This document shows, in pieces, positions 57,110-64,000 of a stretch of 64,000 nt of DNA. Below the pieces are notes generated by a model. That model worked only from the letters and a program-made list of their open reading frames with translations. It did no database searches and was not told where the DNA came from. The stretch's first letter is position 1; each line of letters starts with the position of its first letter. Source of the DNA: an uncultured Clostridia bacterium. GTDB taxonomy: Bacteria > Bacillota > Clostridia > Christensenellales > CAG-917. The stretch is taken from assembly GCA_949286725.1 (NCBI GenBank), contig CASECZ010000001.1:259204-323203 (forward strand), read 5' to 3'. The position numbers were made by a program, and so were the translations under genes.

Positions 57110-57769
57110 ATGGAAGTTTCGGAATTTTTCCCCGTATGGAACAAGCTGACCGAAAACCAGCGCGCGACGATTGCGGGCGCGGCTTTCGAGCGCGACTTTC
57201 CGAAGGGCGGCATACTTCATAAAGGCGGCACGGAATGCACGGGGCTGATTCTCGTGCAGTCGGGTCAACTGCGCGCCTATACCACCTCCCCCGACGGCAA
57301 GGAAATCACGCTGTATCGCCTGTTCGAGCGCGATATGTGCCTGCTTTCGGCATCGTGTATGATGAACGGAATACAGTTTTCGGTGTGGCTGACTGCCGAA
57401 AAGGACTCGAAAGTGACCGTGATACCCGCCGACGTCTACAAAGCCGTGATGAAAGAGTCCGCTCCGCTTGCGAACTTCACCAACGAAGTGATTGCGGAAA
57501 GGTTCACCGACACGATGTGGCTAATCGAACAGATTATGTGGAAGAGTTTTGACCGCAGGCTTGCCGCCTTCCTCGTCGAAGAAGCCGACATAGAAGGGAG
57601 CAACACACTGAAAACGACGCACGAAGCGATAGGAAATCATCTGGGAAGCCCGCGCGAAGTCGTGTCGCGCATGCTGGGATATTTCGCGTCGGAGGGGCTG
57701 GTCAAACTGTCGCGAGGGACGGTGGAAATCGTCGACGAAAAGAGGCTGAGAGAACTCGCGGACGAATAA
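57110..57769 (+). CDS. Crp/Fnr family transcriptional regulator
   Basis: N-terminal cNMP-binding-like beta-roll and a C-terminal HTH (THEAIGNHLGSPREVVSRML). 219 aa. Confidence 0.85.
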   Translation: MEVSEFFPVWNKLTENQRATIAGAAFERDFPKGGILHKGGTECTGLILVQSGQLRAYTTSPDGKEITLYRLFERDMCLLSASCMMNGIQFSVWLTAEKDSKVTVIPADVYKAVMKESAPLANFTNEVIAERFTDTMWLIEQIMWKSFDRRLAAFLVEEADIEGSNTLKTTHEAIGNHLGSPREVVSRMLGYFASEGLVKLSRGTVEIVDEKRLRELADE

Positions 57770-57815
57770 TCCGCAGGTCGGAATCGAAAATGATAATCCC
57801 GAAAAAGGATAAAGG

Positions 57816-57847
57816 AAAAGCCGATTGCGAAAGTGCAATCGGCTTTT
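57816..57847. terminator. Bidirectional terminator between crp-like and CoADR genes
   Basis: AAAGCCGATTGC-GAAAGT-GCAATCGGCTTTT. Confidence 0.75.
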
Positions 57848-57870
57848 CACACTTTGGAAGAAAATATCAA

Positions 57871-59568
57871 CTAAACTGCGTCTTTGCCGCAGGCAGTCGC
57901 TCGTTCGGCGCACCGTCTGTCGTTGACGACGGCAGCATAATAGCGGTATCCACCGGCGAAATTGTATGCTTTAAGTCCGTATCCTGCAAGTATGCGCGCG
58001 GCAATATAACTTCTCAGTCCGCTCTGACATATGACGTACACGGGCTTGTCGCGTGCGATTTCGGACATCCTGTCGCGAAGTTCGTCCACGGGTATGTTGA
58101 TAAACCCCTCTATCATTCCGCCCGTTCTGCACTCGTCGGCGGTGCGAACGTCAAGCAAGGTCACGCTTCCGTCTCTGGGCAGGGATGGCTCGTCGTCGTA
58201 ATACCACTGTTTCACCAGTCCGTTCCTGATATTCTCCGCCATGAATCCCGCCATATTCACGGGGTCTTTTGCGGACGAATACGGCGGTGCGTACGCAAGG
58301 TCCAGTTCCGTAAGGTCGGTTGCCGTCATACCTGCGCGTATCGCCGTCGCAAGCACGTCAATCCGTTTGTCCACACCCTCAAAACCCACTATCTGCGCGC
58401 CGAGCAAACGGTAGGTTCCTTTTTCGAACACGACTTTCATCGTCATAATCCTGCCGCCGGGATAATAACCTGCGTGGCTCATGGGCGAAAGAATAACCTT
58501 GTCCGCATCAATCCCTTCGCTCTTCGCGGTTCTTTCGTTGATACCCGTTGACGCGGCAGTCAGTCCGAATATTTTTATTACGGAACTTCCCTGCCCGCCT
58601 TTGTATCTGCTGTCTCTGCCACATATGTTGTCGGCGGCAATTCTGCCCTGTTTGTTCGCGGGTCCCGCAAGCGAAATCAGGGTGTCCTTGCCCGTGACGA
58701 AATTCTTTATCTGCACGGCATCACCCACGGCGTAAACGTCCTTTGCGGAAGTTTCCATACGTTCGTTGACGACTATGCTGTCCTTAACGCCGAGTTTCAG
58801 TCCCGCCGCCTTTGCCAGTGCGGTATCGGGCGTGACGCCGATTGCCATAACCGCCATATCCGCCGTGATGACTTCACCGCTTTTGAGGCGCACTCCCAGC
58901 GATTTTCCCGCCGTTTCGAAGCCGTCCACCATACCGCCGAGCACGAGTTCGACTCCCGCCGCCCTGACTTCCGCGTGAATAAAGGCCGCCATGTCCGCAT
59001 CGAACGGTGCCATAAGTTGCGGCGCCGCTTCCACAAGCGTCACGTCGATGCCCAGACGTCTGAGGTTTTCGGCAACTTCGATACCGATAAATCCGCCGCC
59101 GATTACGACCGCCTTTTCGGGAGAAGCGGCAGTGACGTAATCCTTTATGCGGAAAGTGTCTTCAACGTTGCGCAAAGTGAAAATCCTCTCGTCATCCGCG
59201 CCTTCGAAATTCGGCTTCACGGGTTTGGCGCCCGTCGAAACCAGGAGCTTGTCATACGTTTCGTCGAATACATCGCCTGTCGTGAGATTTTTTACCGTGA
59301 CGGTCTTTTTCTCGGGGTCGATTGCCGTCACCTCGTGACGCACTTTCGCGTCTATTCGGAATCTGGCATAAAAGCTTTCGGGCGTCTGCAACGTGAGTTC
59401 TTCCTTGTCCTCGATCTCTCCGCCTATGTAATAAGGCAGTCCGCAATTGGCATAAGAGATATAACCCGATTTCTCGAACACCGTTATATCCGCGTGTTCG
59501 TCAAGCCGTCTTATACGCGCGGCAGCCGTCGCTCCGCCTGCCACTCCGCCCACTATGACCACTTTCAT
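57871..59568 (-). CDS. CoA-disulfide/persulfide reductase with a C-terminal rhodanese domain (CoADR-RHD/Npsr-like)
   Basis: MKVVIVGGVAGGATAA, the redox Cys context SYANCGLPYY, a second dinucleotide fold, and a C-terminal rhodanese loop YVICQSGLRS. The start at 59568 overlaps the upstream stop (ATGA). Confidence 0.9.
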   Translation of the reverse strand: MKVVIVGGVAGGATAAARIRRLDEHADITVFEKSGYISYANCGLPYYIGGEIEDKEELTLQTPESFYARFRIDAKVRHEVTAIDPEKKTVTVKNLTTGDVFDETYDKLLVSTGAKPVKPNFEGADDERIFTLRNVEDTFRIKDYVTAASPEKAVVIGGGFIGIEVAENLRRLGIDVTLVEAAPQLMAPFDADMAAFIHAEVRAAGVELVLGGMVDGFETAGKSLGVRLKSGEVITADMAVMAIGVTPDTALAKAAGLKLGVKDSIVVNERMETSAKDVYAVGDAVQIKNFVTGKDTLISLAGPANKQGRIAADNICGRDSRYKGGQGSSVIKIFGLTAASTGINERTAKSEGIDADKVILSPMSHAGYYPGGRIMTMKVVFEKGTYRLLGAQIVGFEGVDKRIDVLATAIRAGMTATDLTELDLAYAPPYSSAKDPVNMAGFMAENIRNGLVKQWYYDDEPSLPRDGSVTLLDVRTADECRTGGMIEGFINIPVDELRDRMSEIARDKPVYVICQSGLRSYIAARILAGYGLKAYNFAGGYRYYAAVVNDRRCAERATACGKDAV

Positions 59569-59900
59569 TGTCTTACCACCTTTCCATTGTAATGCATTAT
59601 TCCGCCGAGGTCCGTAACGTCGGAATAACCGAGATTTCTCAGCGCCCTCACCGCCGAACGGCTTCTCGCCCCGCTCAAACAATACACGAACAAAGGCGAG
59701 TTCTTGTCCGCAACGGCGCTTTCTGCGGTATGTATGGATTGAAGAGGAATGTTCCTGCTGCCTTCTATGTGCCCTTCGGCAAACTCCGACGGCGTGCGCA
59801 CGTCGATGAGCACCGCGCCGCGGGTGGCTGCGTATCTGTCCACGCCCTCGTTTATGTCCCTGCGACGAAAAATATCCGACCAGCCCATAACGTGCCTCAT
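59565..59900 (-). CDS. Single-domain rhodanese sulfurtransferase
   Basis: 111 aa. LIDVRTPSEFAEGHI and the active-site loop YCLSGARS. ATGA overlap with trxA. Confidence 0.8.
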   Translation of the reverse strand: MRHVMGWSDIFRRRDINEGVDRYAATRGAVLIDVRTPSEFAEGHIEGSRNIPLQSIHTAESAVADKNSPLFVYCLSGARSRSAVRALRNLGYSDVTDLGGIMHYNGKVVRQ

Positions 59901-60205
59901 TTCAACATCGCAAGTATCTCGGACTTGGGGCGAACGCCCACCGAGCCGCTCACCGCTTTGCCGTCCTTGAACACGACAAGCGTGGGTATGCTCATAATGC
60001 GGAAAGAATTTGCCAGTTCGGGCTCGTCGTCCACGTTTACCTTGCCCACTTTTACGTCGTCGCGCTCTGCGGCAATATCGTCGACAATCGGGCTCATCAT
60101 ACGGCAGGGTCCGCACCAGCTCGCCCAAAAGTCGAGCAACACGGGTTTGTCCGAACGGAGCACTTCTTCTTCGAAATTGTTTTTTGTTACGGTAATGACC
60201 GACAT
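59897..60205 (-). CDS. trxA: Thioredoxin
   Basis: 102 aa with the WASWCGPC active site. Confidence 0.9.
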   Translation of the reverse strand: MSVITVTKNNFEEEVLRSDKPVLLDFWASWCGPCRMMSPIVDDIAAERDDVKVGKVNVDDEPELANSFRIMSIPTLVVFKDGKAVSGSVGVRPKSEILAMLK

Positions 60206-60319
60206 AATCCACCTCGCTGATGTTTTCTGATGTCAGTATACACACCTCTGCGACTTTTTTCCGTAACAAAGTCACAAATGTCTTTCGCCCCTCCGCCGCC
60301 TCGAAAATGCCCACGAGTT

Positions 60320-60580
60320 TCAATGCCTGAACTCGAAAATTCCTCGAAGTCTACTGTGCGGTTTGATTTCGAACCCGTCGGGAAGCCGCACGACGGCTTT
60401 GCCGCGTGAAAAATATCCGTTGAAATAGAAAGTTACCTTTTTCAAATTGAAATCCTTGTCAATCACATACGTTTCGTATATGTCTATCATACGGGGCGTT
60501 GCGACGGACGTCGTCGACCCCTTGCGTATCAGCGACTTATTGTTACGAACGTTGTTGATTTTCAATTTTATCATTATCAT
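60320..60580 (-). CDS. Hypothetical 86-aa protein at the GC-to-AT transition
   Basis: An ORF only. I recognise no motif. Lys/Asn-rich usage matches the AT-rich surroundings. Confidence 0.35.
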   Translation of the reverse strand: MIMIKLKINNVRNNKSLIRKGSTTSVATPRMIDIYETYVIDKDFNLKKVTFYFNGYFSRGKAVVRLPDGFEIKPHSRLRGIFEFRH

Positions 60581-60872
60581 TGTTACATTCGGTAAACGTT
60601 ATCAAAACGCATTTTTGTTTTTTGTAAAATTATTCCCATTGTCACTGGGCAATGCAATTCAATAACCCGAATCGTATTTTTCCGTTAATAGCTTTTGTTA
60701 TACATTTTTTTCCGTCAAAAAATTCATAAACAACAAAAACTGTCGGTCACAATCAGCCAAACGACAATAAAAAAGAAATCACAGCATTTAAATTGTTAAA
60801 AAACAGATTTTAACCGCTCCGCAAACGATATTTTTGCAATTAAATTTTTGCGCGTTTTAATATGTCATCGCA

Positions 60873-61283
60873 TCAAACGTCTTCTTTTTGACATTTCCTT
60901 TCATTTTTTTCATTGTTTCGTTTTATTCGTTTGTATTGTATTGTTCTTTTTATTGCAAAGCCCATAACAGTAAAAAGCACGACACCGATAATAGGCATTC
61001 CGATAGCCAAAAACAGTTTGTTTCCGAATCCCAACGAGACACCGTAAGAAATCGCAAATATGCACAAATCGGCAAACACTATCCATAACAACATCTGTTT
61101 GTTGTGTGCCTTTTCGCAAGGCGTAGCGACGTTGCCCATATTGTCCGCCATAACTGAATAAAGCAATTGACGACATCCTTTTGCTTGCACAATGACTTGT
61201 ATAATAAAAATAACCAATCCTATTTCTGTTGCAATAAGCTGATTTTTAACAGTCGACATTGCATGTAAAGCGATCCAAAGCAT
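60873..61283 (-). CDS. Hypothetical membrane protein (about 4 TM helices)
   Basis: Hydrophobic segments (IGLVIFIIQVIV, LLWIVFADLCIFAISYGV, IGMPIIGVVLFTVMGFAI) and a basic C-terminal tail. No family recognised. Confidence 0.45.
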   Translation of the reverse strand: MLWIALHAMSTVKNQLIATEIGLVIFIIQVIVQAKGCRQLLYSVMADNMGNVATPCEKAHNKQMLLWIVFADLCIFAISYGVSLGFGNKLFLAIGMPIIGVVLFTVMGFAIKRTIQYKRIKRNNEKNERKCQKEDV

Positions 61284-61649
61284 TCAACTCAATTCATGAC
61301 CTGATAGGACAAAAGCCACACTGATAGCCAAGAGACCGCTTCTCCGCCAAGCCGCACTGTCAAAACCTTTATAGTTCATTATTCGTCCCCTTGTTTTTCG
61401 GTCGTTATTCACTCTTCTTTATGGTGTGCAATATACTGACGTCACCTGCTCCGATACGGCAAGATACAGAAGTGCCCCGCCAAATCAATGGCGTATTCAA
61501 GCCACGACCTACAAATTGATGCTAACACGCAAACGGCGAAATTGCAATGCCACAACAAAAATCAACGACCGCCAAAACCATAAAAATCATATCTGTCTTT
61601 CAAGTTGTGTATATCGGCGCTGTCGGGGCAAAACAAATGCGGGTGAAGA

Positions 61650-61678
61650 AATGAAAAACCCACTCAAATGAGTGGGTT
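61650..61678 (-). terminator. Rho-independent terminator directly after the tRNA-Thr 3' end
   Basis: On the minus strand: AACCCACTC-ATTT-GAGTGGGTT followed by TTTCATTT. It begins 2 nt after the CCA. Confidence 0.75.
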
Positions 61679-61680
61679 GT

Positions 61681-61727
61681 GTGGAGCTGCTAACCGGATT
61701 TGAACCGGTGACCTCATCCTTACCAAG
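61681..61727 (-). pseudogene. 3' half of a tRNA-Thr(GGU) gene (anticodon loop to CCA), an att-site-like remnant
   Basis: The minus strand reads CC-TTGGTAA-GGATG-AGGTC-ACCGG-TTCAAAT-CCGGT-TAGCAGC-T-CCA. These are the anticodon loop with GGT, the 3' anticodon stem, the variable loop, a complete T-arm, the 3' acceptor strand and CCA. Upstream there is no matching GCTGCTA acceptor strand, D-arm or CATCC stem partner. Confidence 0.75.
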
Positions 61728-62277
61728 GTACAACCCAGAACAAAATGGGCATTGCCCGCCTCAACATACCCCTTCCAAATCTCCAAAACACCACAATATC
61801 TTGTGCTTTTTCTTCCCCCAAATTTCTCTGGCTGTCAGCCCTTTTCCCGATTTGACAGCCAAATACAGCCAATACCGATTTCACGCCGTTTTTCCGCGCT
61901 TTTCCCCGCATTTCAAACTGCCTGTTTCTGCCCCGCTCTTACGAAGTTTTTGTAGTCGAAAATCGGCGTCAAACAACGACTCGCCCATTGCTTTTCTCAC
62001 TGCTATACATTAAATCGTTTATAAGGTAAATTCCAATTCTACACTCAACAATCAGCATACAACCGTGACTTCAACGCTGAAAAATGACTAATCAAAATTC
62101 AAAAATGTTCTCCTACCAAGCGTGAGAAAAATATTTATTTAATTTTGTTTTGTTATAATTTTTGAAAGATCACTACGATGACCTATTTGCCATCATTAAA
62201 TCAACTCTACAAGACAGAACGTATTTATACTATTTCAACTTGCTATTTGCAAATCAAAAATCAAGATTTACTTGTTA

Positions 62278-62895
62278 TTACTCGTCTTTCCTATAACTGA
62301 CTAACTCCATAATTAACGTCGCCATTTCAGTATACGGGTTTTTATCTATTAGCAAAATGTCATCAGAATACTTTTCATTTTTGATTTCAGCATTATTTAT
62401 TGCTGCCACATGATTGCTCATTCCAAGTTTAGCCACGCGTATAACATCGGTACTCTCGGTATAATCAGCAATAAACTTTTTCATTTCAACCTTTGCTTTT
62501 TGAGAAGAACTAACAACTTTTGGATTTTTTGTAAAATAAAACATCAACCATGTTTCAAAACATGGATTGGAAGGTATAATCATTACTTTCTTGTACCGCT
62601 CGCGCGCATGTAAATATTTCTCAAATTTACACCTGTCTAAGTCCAAATCAACCAGACAAAATACTTTATCCCCTAAGGTTGAATCCAGTTGTTTTTCGGC
62701 AAATAAGTTGTTGGCTTTTTTTGCCATGCTAATTATATCCGTGTCTTCACAATCAATAATATGCAACACAAAAGGTGCATTTCTATCCTTGAAATGTGTA
62801 AAATAAGTTTTTTCAGTTTTATTGCGCCCTTCGCACACAATAAAAATGAAAGGTCGTCGCTCCTTTTTAAACTTTATCTCTTGTTTCTTCCCCAT
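62278..62895 (-). CDS. RloB-like protein (Toprim-like partner of AAA ATPases; AbiLii-like)
   Basis: IFIVCEGRNKTEKTYF and IPSNPCFETWLMFYF blocks typical of the RloB family. It lies 1 nt downstream of the ATPase gene. Confidence 0.8.
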   Translation of the reverse strand: MGKKQEIKFKKERRPFIFIVCEGRNKTEKTYFTHFKDRNAPFVLHIIDCEDTDIISMAKKANNLFAEKQLDSTLGDKVFCLVDLDLDRCKFEKYLHARERYKKVMIIPSNPCFETWLMFYFTKNPKVVSSSQKAKVEMKKFIADYTESTDVIRVAKLGMSNHVAAINNAEIKNEKYSDDILLIDKNPYTEMATLIMELVSYRKDE

Positions 62896-62896
62896 A

Positions 62897-64000
62897 TCAT
62901 TCTACCTTAATAAATGGAATTGCCCCATATCGCCCTAAAAGGTAGGCTTTTTCAATGTTCTCTGATTTCCTAGGAGAAAAATCTGCCAACGAGAACATTT
63001 CTGTTTTTCCACTTTCATAATCTTTTTCCGTAAACCAGATGTCATCCCTTCTAAAAATATCAAGGTTAAGAAGGTTTGTATCATGTGTGTTTGCAATAAG
63101 CTGCGCATTATGTCTGTTTATGTCTTTATTAAAAAACATTTTCACAAGATATTCAACCGACAACGGATGTAAACTCTTATCAATTTCATCAATAAAAAGT
63201 ACTTTCCCCTCCTTAAACACATAGTAAAGTAAAGGTGAATACTTGAACATCTGTATTGTGCCCAATGACTCTTCAACCAAATTCAAACCATATCTTTTTG
63301 ACTCTTCTCCGTCTTTGATATCGTGAAACGTTTTAAAATCATAGATATTAATATTATCAAGTTCTATGTTGGCAGCCTCGTTTTCCTTAGCTACAACACG
63401 AAGAACCTCCGTTACAATTTCACCACCTTTACCCATATCCTTGAGTTTCTTGGCATCCATCGTAAAATCACCAATGCTTAAATCGGCATTGTTTAAGATC
63501 CTCAAACAAAATTCTTTATACGCCTGAATCTCATTGTTTTCGTAAATTTTGTCTAAAGTTATTTTCCACAGAGAATCTATATCGAGTGCAACCATTATAG
63601 TGTTTAACAAATAGTCAACAACTGGCTTCGTTTTCTCGTAATTCCATGCGGCTGTTGTTACTAAAAACAGCTTATTCTCCAAATTTTTGGTTTTTAAATC
63701 GTTTAACAATTTCGAGTCTTTATTAAATTCATAATTAACCGTATCCGTCCTATTAAAAATCATAGTAGGCTTAGAGGTATAATAAATGTCAAGCCTTTCA
63801 TCAATAACCTTGTCCCTAGTACAACTAAACCTATAGGCATACTTTAGTCCTTCTCTTATGAATTTGATGTAAAACTCACTAGGTTTATTAAAGCAATCGT
63901 TACAAAATTTAAATGGCACAACGCGAATTGGCATCTTTTCCAACAAACTATTTGAATTCGCAATGTATGCAGACACAAATAACATCGCCTTAATAAATGA
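62897..64000 (-). CDS. AAA family ATPase (AAA_15/21, RloA/AbiLi-like, OLD-type ATPase half). The N-terminus lies beyond the right edge.
   Basis: The reading frame is open to the window end (...SFIKAMLFVSAY follows what should be the Walker A GKSS). Walker B/D-loop region VLFIDEIDKSLHP and the ANTHDTNLL motif (H-loop-like) are present. The track reports only from the first internal Met (63985). Confidence 0.85.
   Translation of the reverse strand, partial: SFIKAMLFVSAYIANSNSLLEKMPIRVVPFKFCNDCFNKPSEFYIKFIREGLKYAYRFSCTRDKVIDERLDIYYTSKPTMIFNRTDTVNYEFNKDSKLLNDLKTKNLENKLFLVTTAAWNYEKTKPVVDYLLNTIMVALDIDSLWKITLDKIYENNEIQAYKEFCLRILNNADLSIGDFTMDAKKLKDMGKGGEIVTEVLRVVAKENEAANIELDNINIYDFKTFHDIKDGEESKRYGLNLVEESLGTIQMFKYSPLLYYVFKEGKVLFIDEIDKSLHPLSVEYLVKMFFNKDINRHNAQLIANTHDTNLLNLDIFRRDDIWFTEKDYESGKTEMFSLADFSPRKSENIEKAYLLGRYGAIPFIKVE

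Larger units (their letters stand above)
61728..64000. mobile_element. Distal end of a putative genomic island integrated in tRNA-Thr. It continues beyond the right edge.
   Basis: It starts at the truncated tRNA copy. The DNA is visibly AT-rich from about 62.0 kb onward and the cargo is defence-type (RloB + AAA ATPase). The integrase and intact tRNA are expected outside the window. Confidence 0.5.

Noticed and set aside
61681-61770. A complete tRNA gene on the minus strand
   Set aside because: The T-arm, 3' acceptor strand and CCA are perfect. However, the upstream 40 nt contain no complementary 5' acceptor strand (GCTGCTA), no D-arm and no partner for the anticodon stem. I therefore call it a 3' fragment only.
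61672-62013. 113-aa plus-strand ORF overlapping the tRNA fragment, and possible integrase remnant in 61728-62277
   Set aside because: The ORF reads through the tRNA antisense strand and has a low-complexity Pro/Ser composition. I could not recognise any tyrosine-recombinase motif in any frame.

Overview
This is a densely coding, GC-rich chromosomal segment. Gene content (tungsten AOR, type III glutamine synthetase, SufCB, Lar/Hyp nickel genes, strong GGAGG-type RBSs) suggests an anaerobic Firmicutes/Clostridia-like bacterium, but that is inference only. The DNA turns visibly AT-rich from about 60.3 kb to the right edge.

**Left third.** A partial ABC ATPase, a DUF21-CBS (CNNM/CorC-like) membrane protein, a double-FHA ABC ATPase with its ABC-2 permease, and a minimal SufC/SufBD pair. 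A long minus-strand housekeeping block follows: dapL-dapF, asnB, pyrG, an ANTAR pseudo-receiver regulator overlapping guaA, purA and purB. Next are a type III glutamine synthetase behind a structured two-promoter leader, a GNAT with a coupled 18-codon uORF, and citrate synthase.

**Middle: a metal-cofactor neighbourhood.**
- hypB, an 897-aa Fe-S flavoprotein, then hypA, with no hydrogenase genes in view.
- A PAI-like FAD enzyme divergent from an acyl-AMP ligase / carrier protein / acyl-ACP thioesterase operon.
- A secernin-like C69 peptidase and glycerate kinase.
- A Moco-type riboswitch in front of tupABC.
- An overlap-coupled 8-gene operon: aor, moaD-like, moaB, moeA, moeA-PBP, moaA, moaC, MOSC. 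A divergent ThiF/MoeB-like E1 gene sits upstream.
- A Nik/Opp-type ABC importer followed by a His-rich/TPR-fused larE, larB and larC, with no larA.

**Right.** A DtxR-family repressor, an FkbM methyltransferase, a flavin reductase plus a zinc-ribbon peptide, a Crp/Fnr regulator, and a thioredoxin-rhodanese-CoADR/rhodanese operon. The AT-rich DNA then carries two orphan genes, a 3' half of tRNA-Thr(GGU) with its terminator (an att-type scar), and an RloB + AAA-ATPase (AbiL-like) pair cut by the window edge.

I saw no rRNA, intact tRNA, CRISPR array, transposase or integrase. Most long ORFs antisense to these genes in the track are GC-driven shadow frames.
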